Assembly: GCF_902713615.1 (NCBI RefSeq)
Contig: NC_052176.1
Span: forward strand, 248,001-312,000
Direction of reading: 5' to 3'
From: Scyliorhinus canicula
Taxonomy: Eukaryota
DNA length: 64,000 nt
The position numbers were made by a program, and so were the translations under genes. Positions 49,410 through 60,656 of this stretch are shown in pieces. Every line of letters starts with the position of its first letter. Within the stretch, counting starts at the first letter, position 1. The notes under the pieces are model-generated. The model was given only the letters and a program-made list of their open reading frames with translations, was not told the origin of the DNA and did no database searches.

Positions 49410-52400
49410 AGTACTGAGGGAGTGCCACACTGTCAGAGGGTCAGTACTGAGGAAGTGCTGCGCTGTCAGAGGGTCAGTACTGAGGGAGTGCCGCACTGTC
49501 AGAGGGTCAGTACTGAGGGAGTGCCGCACTGTCAGAGGGTCAGTACTGAGGGAGTGCCGCACTGTCAGATGGTCAGTACTGAGGGAGTGCCGCACTGTCA
49601 GAGGGTCAGTACTGAGGGAGTGCCACACTGTCAGAGGGTCAGTACTGAGGGGGCCCCGCACTGTCAGAGGGGTCAGTACTGAGGGAGTGCCGCACTGTCA
49701 GAGGGTCAGTACTGACGGAGTGCCGCACTGTCAGAGGGTCAGTACTGAAGGATGCCGCACTGTCAGAGGGTCAGTACTGAGGGAGTGCTGCACTGTCAGA
49801 GGGTCAGTACTGAGGGAGTGCCGCACTGTCAGATGGTCAGTACTGAGGGAGTGCCGCACTGTCAGAGGGTCAGTACTGAGGGGGCCCCGCACTGTCAGAG
49901 GGTCAGTACTGAGGGAGTGCCGCACTGTCAGAGGGTCAGTACTGACGGAGTGCCGCACTGTCAGAGGGTCAGTACTGAGGGAGTGCCGCACTGTCAGAGG
50001 GTCAGTACTGAGGGAGTGCCGCACTGTCAGAGGGTCAGTACTGAGGGAGTGCCGCACTGTCAGAGGGTCAGTACTGAGGGAGTGCCGCACTGTCAGAGGG
50101 TCAGTACTGACGGAGTGCCGCACTGTCAGAGGGTCAGTACTGAGGGAGTGCCGCACTGTCAGAGGGTCAGTACTGAGGGAGTGCCGCACTGTCAGAGGGT
50201 CAGTACTGAGGGAGTGCTGTACTGTCAGAGGGTCAGTACTGAGGGAGTGCCTCACTGTCAAGAGGGTCAGTACTGAGGGAGTACCGCACTGTCAGAGGGT
50301 CAGTACTGAGGAAGTGCCGCACTGTCAGAGGGTCAGTACTGAGGGGGCCCCGCACTGTCAGAGGGTCAGTACTGAGGGAGTGCCGCACTGTCAGAGGGTC
50401 AGTACTGAGGGAGTGCCGCACTGTCAGAGGGTCAGTACTGAGGGAGTGCCGCACTGTCAGAGGGTCAGTACTGAGGGATGCCGCACTGTCAGAAGATCAG
50501 TACTGAGGGAGCGCCGCACTGTCAGAGGCTCAGTATAGAGGGGATGCTGCACTGTCAGAAGGTCAGTACTGAGGGAGTGCCGCACTGTCAGAGGGTCAGT
50601 ACTGAGGGAGTGCCGCACTGTCAGAGGGTCAGTACTGAGGGAGTGCCGCACTGTGAGAGGGTCAGTACTGAGGGAGTGCCGCACTGTCAGAGGGTCAGTA
50701 CTGAGTGAGTGCTGCACTGTCAGAGGGTCAGTACTGAGTGAGTGCTGCACTGTCAGAGGGTCAGTAATGAGGGAGTGCCGCACTGTCAGAGGGTCAGTAC
50801 TGAGGGAGTGCCGCAATGTCAGAGGGTCAGTACTGAGGGAGTGCCGCACTGTCAGAGGGTCAGTACTGAGGGAGTGCTGCACTGTCAGAGGGTCAGTACT
50901 GAGGGAGCGCCGCACTGTCAGAGGGTCAGTACTGAGGGAGTGCCGCACTGTCAGAGGGTCAGTACTGAGGGAGTGCCGCACTGTCAGAAATCAGTACTGA
51001 GGGAGTGCCTCACTGTCAGAGGGTCAGTACTGAGGGTGTGTTGCACTGTCAGAGGATCAGTACTGAGGGAGTGCCGCACTGTCAGAGGCTCAGTACTGAG
51101 GGAGTGCCGCACAGTCAGAGGGTCAGTGCTGAGGGAGTGCCGCACTGTCAGAGGGTCAGTGCTGAGGGAGTGCCGCATTGTCAGAGGGTCAGTGCTGAGG
51201 GAGTGCCGCACTGTCAGAGGGTCAGCACTGAGGGAGTGCCGCACTGTCAGAGGGTCAGTGCTGAGGGAGTGCTGCACCGTCAGAGGGTCAGTACTGAGGG
51301 AGTGCCGCACTGTCAGAGGGTCAGTACTGAGGGAGTGCCGCACTGTCAGAGGGTCAGGTACTGAGGGAGTGCTGCACTGTCAGAGGGTCAGTACTGAGGG
51401 AGTGCCGCACTGTCAGAGGGTCAGTACTGAGGGAGTGCTGCACTGTCAGAGGGTCAGTACTGAGGGAGGCCGCACTGTCAGAGGGTCAGTACTGAGGGAG
51501 TGCCGCATTGTCAGAGGGTCAGTACTGAGGGAGTGCCGCACTGTGAGAGGGTCAGTACTGAGGGAGTGCCGCACTGTCAGAGGGTCAGTACTGAGTGAGT
51601 GCTGCACTGTCAGAGGGTCAGTACTGAGGGAGTGCCGCACTGTCAGAGGGTCAGTACTGAGGGAGTGCCGCACTGTCAGAGGGTCAGTACTGAGGGAGTG
51701 CCGCACTGTCAGAGGGTCAGTACTGAGGGAGTGCTGCACTGTCAGAGGGTCAGTACTGAGGGAGCGCCGCACTGTCAGAGGGTCAGTACTGAGGGAGTGC
51801 CGGACTGTCAGAGGGTCAGTACTGAGGGAGTGCCGCACTGTCAGAAATCAGTACTGAGGGAGTGCCTCACTGTCAGAGGGTCAGTACTGAGGGTGTGTTG
51901 CACTGTCAGAGGATCAGTACTGAGGGAGTGCCACACTGTCAGAGGCTCAGTACTGAGGGAGTGCCGCACAGTCAGAGGGTCAGTGCTGAGGGAGTGCCGC
52001 ACTGTCAGAGGGTCAGTGCTGAGGGAGTGCCGCACTGTCAGAGGGTCAGTGCTGAGGGAGTGCCGCACTGTCAGAGGGTCAGCACTGAGGGAGTGCCGCA
52101 CTGTCAGAGGGTCAGTGCTGAGGGAGTGCCGCACTGTCAGAGGGTCAGTACTGAGGGAGTGCTGCACTGTCAGAGGGTCAGTACTGAGGGAGTGCCGCAC
52201 CGTCAGAGGGTCAGTACTGAGGGAGTGCCGCACTGTCAGAGGGTCAGTACTGAGGGAGTGCCGCACTGTCAGAGGGTCGGTACTGAGGGAGTGCTGCACT
52301 GTCAGAGGGTCAGTACTGAGGGAGTGCCGCACTGTCAGAGGGTCAGTACTGAGGGAGTGCTGCACTGTCAGAGGGTCAGTACTGAGGGAGCCACACTGTC

Positions 52401-53552
52401 AGAGGGTCAGTACTGAGGGAGTGCCGCACTGTCAGAGGGTCAGTACTGAGGGATGCCGCACTGTGAGAGGGTCAGTACTGAGGGAGTGCCGCACTGTCAG
52501 AGGGTCAGTACTGAGGGAGCGCCGCACTGTCAGAGGGTCAGTACTGAGGGAGTGTCGCACTGTCAGAGGGTCAGTACTGAGTGAGTGCTGCACTGTCAGA
52601 GGGTCAGTAATGAGGGAGTGCCGCACTGTCAGAGGGTCAGTACTGAGGGAGTGCCGCAATGTCAGAGGGTCAGTACTGAGGGAGTGCCGCACTGTCAGAG
52701 GGTCAGTACTGAGGGAGTGCTGCACTGTCAAGAGGGTCAGTACTGAGGGAGCGCCGCACTGTCAGAGGGTCAGTACTGAGGGAGTGCCGGACTGTCAGAG
52801 GGTCAGTACTGAGGGAGTGCCGCACTGTCAGAAATCAGTACTGAGGGAGTGCCTCACTGTCAGAGGGTCAGTACTGAGGGTGTGTTGCACTGTCAGAGGA
52901 TCAGTACTGAGGGAGTGCCACACTGTCAGAGGCTCAGTATAGAGGGGGTGCTGCACTGTCAGAGCGTCAGTACTGAGGGAGTGCTGCACTGTCAGACGGT
53001 CAGTAGTGAGGGAGAGCCGCACTGTCAGAGGATCAGTACAGAGGGAGTGCCTCACTGTCAGAGGGTCAGTACTGAGGGTGTGTTGCACTGTCAGAGGATC
53101 AGTACTGAGGGAGTGCCACACTGTCAGAGGCTCACTATAGAGGGGGTGCTGCACTGTCAGAGCGTCAGTACTGAGGGAGTGCTGCACTGTCAGACGGTCA
53201 GTAGTGAGGGAGAGCCGCACTGTCAGAGGATCAGTACAGAGGGAGTGCCGCACTGTCAGAGGGTCAGTACTGAGGGAGTGCCGCACTGTCAGAGGGTCAG
53301 TACTGAGGGAGCCGCACTGTCAGAGGGTCAGTACTGAGGGAGTGCTGCACTGTCAGAGGGTCAGTACTGAGGGAGTGCCGCACTGTCAGAGGCTCAGTAT
53401 AGAGGGGGTGCTGCACTGTCAGAGGGTCAGTCCTGAGGGAGTGCCGCACTGGCAGAGGGTCAGTACTGAGGGAGTGCCGCACTGTCAGAGGGTCAGTACT
53501 GAGGGAGTGCTGCACTGTCAGAGGGTCAGTACTGAGGGAGCACTGCACTGTC
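49408..53552 (-). repeat. 33-bp minisatellite, array D, about 125 copies with higher-order blocks
   Basis: Same unit; recurrent variant strings. Confidence 0.98.
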
Positions 53553-53619
53553 TCTCAGTGTCTCTGTCTCTCTCTCTCTGTCTCACTCTTCCTGTCTCTG
53601 TCTCTCTCTGTCTCTATGC

Positions 53620-53945
53620 ACCTGGCTTACTCACTCTTCCAACTTCTTCCATCGGGCAGGAGATACAGGAGTCTGAGAACACGCACGAACAGACTCAAAA
53701 ACAGCTTCTTCCCCGCTGTTACCAGACTCCTAAAGGACCCTCTTATGGACTGACCTCATTAACACTACACCCTGTATGCTTCATCCGATGCCAGTGCTTA
53801 TGTAGCTACATTGTGTACCTTGTGTTGCCCTATTATGTATTTTCTTTTATTCCCTTTTCTTCCCATGTACTTAATGATCTGTTGAGCTGTTCACAGAAAA
53901 ATACTTTTCACTGTACCTCGGTACACGTGACAATAAACAAATCCA
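53620..53945 (+). mobile_element. Rex1/Babar-like LINE 3' end
   Basis: LPSGRRYRSLRTRTNRLKNSFFPAVTRLL followed by a 3'UTR ending CAATAAACAAATC. Confidence 0.72.
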
Positions 53946-53975
53946 TCGATCTCTCCGTCTCCCTCTCTCTCCCTC

Positions 53976-54200
53976 TTTTTTTTATAAATTCAGAGTATCC
54001 AAATATTTTTTTCCTATTAAGGGATAATTTAGTGTGGCCAATCTACCTACCCTGCACATCTTTGGGTTGTGGGGGTGAAACCCACGCAGACACGGGAGAG
54101 AATGTGCAAATTCCACACGGACAGTGACCCAGGGCCAGGATCGAACCTGGGACCTCGGCGCCGTGAGGCAGCAGGGCTAACCACTGTGTCACCGTGCTGC
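53976..54200 (-). mobile_element. V-SINE variant with A-rich tail
   Basis: Same family as the copies at 32161 and 33198. Confidence 0.85.
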
Positions 54201-54250
54201 CTCGCTCCCTCTCCCTCTGTCTCTCTCCCTCTCTCTCTGTCACCCTCTCC

Positions 54251-54480
54251 NNNNNNNNNNNNNNNNNNNNNNNNNNNNNNNNNNNNNNNNNNNNNNNNNN
54301 NNNNNNNNNNNNNNNNNNNNNNNNNNNNNNNNNNNNNNNNNNNNNNNNNNNNNNNNNNNNNNNNNNNNNNNNNNNNNNNNNNNNNNNNNNNNNNNNNNNN
54401 NNNNNNNNNNNNNNNNNNNNNNNNNNNNNNNNNNNNNNNNNNNNNNNNNNNNNNNNNNNNNNNNNNNNNNNNNNNNNNNN
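54251..54480. other. assembly gap
   Basis: Run of N. Confidence 1.
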
Positions 54481-55045
54481 GATGACGCACGTTCACAGAC
54501 TTTGTTAGAAACACATTTATTTCCAAGAAAAACTGTACAGAGACCAGCCGCCCCCACCCCACCCCCCCGGGCACTCTAAAGCTGTCCAAACTGGCTGCCC
54601 CAGTCCCTACACGTCTCCCTCTCTCTCTGTTTCTCTCGCTCTGTCTCTCCCTCTCTCTCTCTCTGTCTCTCCCTCTCTCTGATGAACTGCCAGTGCCAGA
54701 AATGGTTCCTTTCTTGCCGATCCTGTTAACGTGTGTCCTGTGGAAGCATCTCAGACAACAGAATGACATCTCTTGGCAAGAAACAGAAAACCCCCTCAAA
54801 GACTCGATTGATAGCTGTCCAACTCTTGTGTGTAACATTTAGTTAGAATTTAGACCGAGTCACTTAATTATTGAAGATCGGAGGAAGGAGTTAAAGGGGG
54901 AGGGATGCGATGATTGTTCTTTTAAGAGTGACACAGTATCTGCTGACGTGGGAGGGATCTGAAGTAGGCAGTGGAAAGGAGGTCGAGGGTGGAGGCAGCC
55001 AAAGGGCGGGCCAGGAATGGCGCAGCGCACGGCCCGAGAAAGACT

Positions 55046-55784
55046 ATGGCTGACCGGCGGGTTGGAGGGGTGGGATGTGCCCCCCAACCAGGCTGATCAC
55101 CTGGAACGTCAGGGGACTGAATGGGCCGGTTAAGAGGGCGCATGTGTTCACGCACTTGCGGGCCCTGAGGGCGGACGTAATTATGTTGCAGGAGACACAT
55201 CTGAAAGTGTCAGACCAGACCAGGCTAAGGAAGGGCTGGATTAGCCAGGTCTTCCACTCGGACTTGGACTCGAAGTCCAGGGGGGTGGCAATTATCATCA
55301 ACAAGCGGGCGGGGTTGGGGAGGGTGGGCGATATGTTCCTGGGGGGGAGCTTTGCGAGTCTGAGGGGCTTGGAGGAGAAATTTGGGCTGGTAAGGGGAAG
55401 CGATTTCAGGTACCTACAGTTGCGGGACTTTGTTCGTAGACAGGTCCCATCTTTCCCACGCCTCCCGCCAATGGGGATCCAAGACAGAATAGTCTCTAGA
55501 GGGGAAGAAGGGGAGGGTAGAGTCTCTGATATTTATAAGGTGCTCATGAAGGGGGAAGAACTGAAACTCAAATGGGAGGAGGAGCTAGGCGGGGAAATGG
55601 AGGACGGGCTGTGGGCAGAGGCCCTGAGTAGGGTAAACTCGACCGCAACATGTGCCAGGCTCGGGCTGATTCAGTTTAAGGCCGTTCACCGGGCCCACAT
55701 GACGGTGGCTCGGATGAGCAATTTCTGTGGGGTAGAGGACAAATGCGCTAGGTGCGCAGGAGGACCAGCGAACCACGTACACAT
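55046..55784 (+). mobile_element. internally deleted L1-clade element: endonuclease N-terminus fused in frame to the post-RT C-terminus
   Basis: LITWNVRGLN...MLQETHL...SRGVAIIINK is directly followed by ...LEEKFGL...FRYLQLRDF...LIQFKAVHRAH...CARC. Truncated by a gap. Confidence 0.85.
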
Positions 55785-56284
55785 NNNNNNNNNNNNNNNN
55801 NNNNNNNNNNNNNNNNNNNNNNNNNNNNNNNNNNNNNNNNNNNNNNNNNNNNNNNNNNNNNNNNNNNNNNNNNNNNNNNNNNNNNNNNNNNNNNNNNNNN
55901 NNNNNNNNNNNNNNNNNNNNNNNNNNNNNNNNNNNNNNNNNNNNNNNNNNNNNNNNNNNNNNNNNNNNNNNNNNNNNNNNNNNNNNNNNNNNNNNNNNNN
56001 NNNNNNNNNNNNNNNNNNNNNNNNNNNNNNNNNNNNNNNNNNNNNNNNNNNNNNNNNNNNNNNNNNNNNNNNNNNNNNNNNNNNNNNNNNNNNNNNNNNN
56101 NNNNNNNNNNNNNNNNNNNNNNNNNNNNNNNNNNNNNNNNNNNNNNNNNNNNNNNNNNNNNNNNNNNNNNNNNNNNNNNNNNNNNNNNNNNNNNNNNNNN
56201 NNNNNNNNNNNNNNNNNNNNNNNNNNNNNNNNNNNNNNNNNNNNNNNNNNNNNNNNNNNNNNNNNNNNNNNNNNNNNNNNNNNN
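55785..56284. other. assembly gap (500 N)
   Basis: Run of N. Confidence 1.
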
Positions 56285-58263
56285 AGTGTAACGGGCTGTG
56301 TAATGGCAGTGTAACGGGCTGTGTAACGAGCTGTGTGACGGGCTGTGTAATGGGCAGTGTAACAGGCTGTGTAATGGGCAGTGTAACGGGCTGTGTAATG
56401 GGCAGTGTAACGGGCTGTGTAATGAGCTGTGTAACGGGCTGTGTAATGGGCAGTGTAACGGGCTGTGTAATGGGCAGTGTAACGGGCTGTGTAACGAGCT
56501 GTGTAACGGGCTGTGTAATGGGCAGTGTAACGGGCTGTGTAATGGGCAGTGTAACGGGCTGTGTAATGGGCAGTGTAACGGGCTGTGTAATGGGCAGTGT
56601 AACAGGCTGTGTAATGGGCAGTGTAACAGGCTGTGTAATGGGCAGTGTAATGGGCTGTGTAATGGGCAGTGGAACGGGCTGTGTAATGGTCAGTGTAACG
56701 GGCTGTGTAATGGGCAGTGTAACGAGCTGTGTAATGGGCAGTGTAACAGGCTGTGTAATGGGCAGTGTAACAGGCTGTGTAACGGGCTGTGTAACGGGCT
56801 GTGTAATGGGCAGTGTAACGGGCTGTGCAATGGGCAGTGTAACGAGCTCTGCAATGGGCAGTGTAATGGGCTGTGTAATGGGCAGTGTAACGGGCTGTGT
56901 AATGGGCAGTGTAACAGGCTGTGTAATGGGCTGTGTAATGGGCAGTGTAATGGGCTGTTTAACGGGCTGTGTAATGGGCAGTGTAACGGGCTGTGTAACG
57001 GACTGTGTAATGGGCAGTGTAACGGGCTGTGTAATGGGCAGTGTAACGAGCTGTGTAATGGGCAGTGTAACAGGCTGTGTAATGGGCAGTGTAACAGGCT
57101 GTGTAACGGGCTGTGTAATGGGCAGTGTAACGGGCTGTGTAATGGGCAGTGTAACGGGCTGTGTAATGGGCAGTGTAACAGGCTGTGTAATGGGCAGTGT
57201 AACGGGCTGTGTAATGGGCTGTGTAATGGGCAGTGTAACAGGCTGTGTAATGGGCAGTGTAACAGGCTGTGTAATGGGCAGTGTAACGGGCTGTGTAATG
57301 GGCTGTGTAATGGGCAGTGTAACGGGCTGTGTAACGAGCTGTGTAATGGGCAGTGTAATGAGCTGTGTAATGGGCAGTGTAACAGGCTGTGTAACGGGCT
57401 GTGTAACGAGCTGTGTAATGGGCTGTGTAATGGGCAGTGTAACGAGCTCTGTAATGGGCAGTGTAACGGGATGTGTAACGGGCTGTGTAATGGGCAGTGT
57501 AACGGGCTGTGTAACGGGCTGTGTAATGGGCAGTGTAACGGGCTGTGTAATGGGCAGTGTAACAGGCTGTGTAATGGGCAGTGTAACGGGCTGCGTAATG
57601 GGCAGTGTAACGAGCTGTGTAATGGGCTGTGTAACGGGCTGTGTAACGAGCTGTGTAACGGGCTGTGTAACGGGCTGTGTAATGGGCTGTGTAATGGGCA
57701 GTGTAATGGGCAGTGTAACGGGCTGTGTAACGGGCTGTGTAATGGGCAGTGTAACGGGCTGTGTAACGAGCTGTGTAACGGGCTGTGTAATGTGCAGTGT
57801 AACGGGCTGTGTAATGGGCAGTGTAACGAGCTCTGCAATGGGCAGTGTAACGGGCTGTGTAATGGGCAGTGTAACGGGCTGTGTAATGGGCTGTGTAATG
57901 GGCAGTGTAACGGGCTGTGTAATGGGCAGTGTAACGAGCTGTGTAATGGGCTGTGTAACGGGCTGTGTAATGGGCAGTGTAACGGGCTGTGTAACGGGCA
58001 GTGTAACGGGCTGTGTAACGAGCTGTGTAATGGGCAGTGTAACGAGCTGTGTAACGGGCTCTGTCACGGGCTGTGTAACGAGCTGTGTATCGGGCAGTGT
58101 AACGGGCTGTGTAATGGGCAGTGTAACGAGCTGTGTAACGGGCTCTGTCACGGGCAGTGTAACGAGCTGTGTATCGGGCAGTGTTAGGGGCTGTGTAATG
58201 GGCAGTGTAACGGGCTGTGTAATGGGCAGTGTAACGGGCAGTGTAACGGGCTGTGTAATGGGC
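56285..58263. repeat. 12-bp minisatellite (GGGC(T/A)GTGTAA(T/C)), about 165 copies
   Basis: 12-bp periodicity, often alternating as a 24-bp dimer. Confidence 0.97.
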
Positions 58264-58539
58264 GGTGGGACATCCTGGCTCAGTTCCACAAGACGCTCTG
58301 TGGATCTGACCTTGAGCTGGGTGCCCGGTCCTGATACAGATCAGAGTCACCCCTCAACTGGGGACTGATTATTTGCTGCACCAACGGTGCTAGATCAATG
58401 CAGATTGTTGTTGTCCTGAATTCCCAGGGTCTCAGCTCCATTCCCCTGTCAGGCGGATGCACTGATTGACAATGTGATGAAGACACTGACCTGTAGGGTG
58501 GATTCCCCACCCCCCCTGGGATTGTGTCTGACCCCAGGA

Positions 58540-58980
58540 ACCGCAGGCCGGGGCGGGGGGCTCCAGCCGGAGTGTTTAGGCGGCGGCAGCTCTCCGGTGC
58601 CGGAAGTCGGGGTTTTTCCGGCCGGAGGATTGAGGCGGCGGCACCCGCCGGAAACGGGTGTCGGCGGCCCCAGCCCTGCGCCGGAAGTGCGTGTCGGTGT
58701 CACCAGCTTTGCGCCGGAAGTGGATGTGAGCGGCCTGTCGGAGGGACGGAGCGGGCGGACAGGCTGAGCGGCCGGGAGGCGGCCCCGGGGCTCGGCTACC
58801 ACCCCGAACCCACCCCGTGGGAGCGGCGGACCGACCCCGCCCAGACAATGGCGGCGGCCGCGGCCCTGGAGGGAAGCGCCAATCACCGGGCCGGAATCAG
58901 GCGAGTGAGCGGGAAACCTGGGTCCTCCCCCCACAGCGCCACCGCCGGCCGGAGGCCGGAACTGCAGCGTGACCGGTTTA
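58540..58980 (+). promoter_or_regulatory. CpG-island promoter of INTS5 with ETS/GABP sites
   Basis: Dense CpG; CCGGAAGT at 58600, 58681 and 58714; GC box near 58550. Confidence 0.85.
58848..58900 (+). CDS. INTS5: INTS5 coding exon 1 (MAAAAALEGSANHRAGIS)
   Basis: ACAATGG Kozak context within the CpG island. Ends AG|GCGAGT (phase 2, GC donor), matching the exon 2 phase. Confidence 0.75.
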
Positions 58981-59002
58981 CATAGAATTCCTCCAGCACA
59001 GA

Positions 59003-59922
59003 CTGACCCTCCCTACTGACCCTCCCCTCCCCACTGACCCTCCCCTCCCCACTGACCCTCCCCTCCCCACTGACCCTCCCCTCCCCACTGACCCTCCCCT
59101 CCCCACTGACCCTCCCCTCCCCACTGACCCTCCCCTCCCCACTGACCCTCCCCTCCCCACTGACCCTCCCCTCCCCACTGACCCTCCCCTCCCCACTGAC
59201 CCTCCCCTCCCTACTGACCCTCCCCTCCCTCCGCACTGACCCTCCCCTCCCTCCGCACTGACCCTCCCCTCCCTCCGCACTGACCCTCCCCTCCCTCCGC
59301 ACTGACCCTCCCCTCCCTCCGCACTGACCCTCCCCTCCCTCCGCACTGACCCTCCCCTCCCTCCGCACTGACCCTCCCCTCCCTCCGCACTGACCCTCTG
59401 ACAGTGCGGGGCTCCCTCAGTACTGACCCTCTGACAGTGCGGGGCTCCCTCAGCACTGACCCTCTGACAGTGCGGCACTCCCTCAGTACTGACCCTCTGA
59501 CAGTGCGGCAATCCCTCAGTACTGACCCTCTGACAGTGCGGCACTCCCTCAGTACTGACCCTCTGACAGTGCGGCACTCCCTCAGTACTGACCCTCTGAC
59601 AGTGCGGGGCTCCCTCAGTGCTGACCCTCTGACAGTGCGGCACTCCCTCAGTACTGACCCTCTGACAGTGCGGCACTCCCTCAGTACTGACCCTCTGACA
59701 GTGCGGCGCTCTCTGAGCACTGACCCTCTGACAGTGCGGCACTCCCTCAGTACTGACCCTCTGACAGTGCAGCACTCCCTCAGTACTGACCCTCTGACAA
59801 TGCGGCACTCCCTCAGTACTGACCCTCTGACAGTGCGGCACTCCCTCAGTACTGACCCTCTGACAGTGCGGCGCTCCCTCAGTACTGACCCTCTGACAAT
59901 GCGGCACTCCCTCAGTACTGAG
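59003..59922 (+). repeat. compound array: 18-bp and 22-bp C-rich units grading into 33-bp array E (about 59387-59922)
   Basis: All units share ACTGACCCTC. Confidence 0.95.
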
Positions 59923-60058
59923 GTTGGGATGTATTTTGTACTGGACCGTAGGAATTCTCTGGGAACCGCGTGGACTGTGGCTCAAAACCACAACTTTCTG
60001 ACAGTGAGATGAGAGAGTGGGAGTGATCGATTTGACAATGCATTGAATAGAAAAGTCA

Positions 60059-60375
60059 GGGCGGCACGGCGGCGCAGTGGTTAGCACTGCTGCATCACGG
60101 CGCAGAGGTCCCGGGTTCGATCCCGGTCCTGGGTCACTGTCTGTGCGGAGTCTGCACGTTCTCCCCGTGCCTGCGTGGGTTTCCTCCGGGTGCTCCGGTT
60201 TCCTTTCACAGTCCAAAGATGTGCAGGTTAGGGTGGATTGGCCGTGATAAATTGCCCTTAGTGTCCAAAAAGGTTAGGAGGGGTTATTGGCTTACAGGGA
60301 TAGGGTGGAAGTGAGGGATTAAGTGGGTCGGTGCAGACTCGATGGGCCGAATGGCCTCCTTCTGCACTGTGTTCT
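60059..60375 (+). mobile_element. V-SINE/HE1-like SINE in the INTS5 intron
   Basis: GGGCGGCACGGCGGCGCAGTGG, GGTTCGATCCC, tail GGGCCGAATGGCCTCCTTCTGCACTGT. Confidence 0.88.
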
Positions 60376-60656
60376 CTCAGTTTATTTTGAAGGAATGTAG
60401 AGCTGAGCCGAACCTTTCTAAAAACTGGCGAGACCTCAGCAGAAGGTGTGTGTCCGACTCTGTGGGTGAAAGGGCGGTGGAAGCAGACCCAGGAGGGAAT
60501 CGGGGAAATACTCCAGACAGGAGGAATCTGCAGAGCTGTGGGGGGAAAGAGGCGGCTAATTAGATGGATCTTTCCAAGGGCTAGCAGCCAAGTTGGATTG
60601 AATGGCCTCCCCTTCTGATTTCACTCGGCTAATTTCTCTTCCTTTCTTCGTTGCAG

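Noticed and set aside
55075-58368. 1097-aa ORF
   Set aside because: Artefact joining an L1 fragment, a 500-N gap and a 12-bp satellite.
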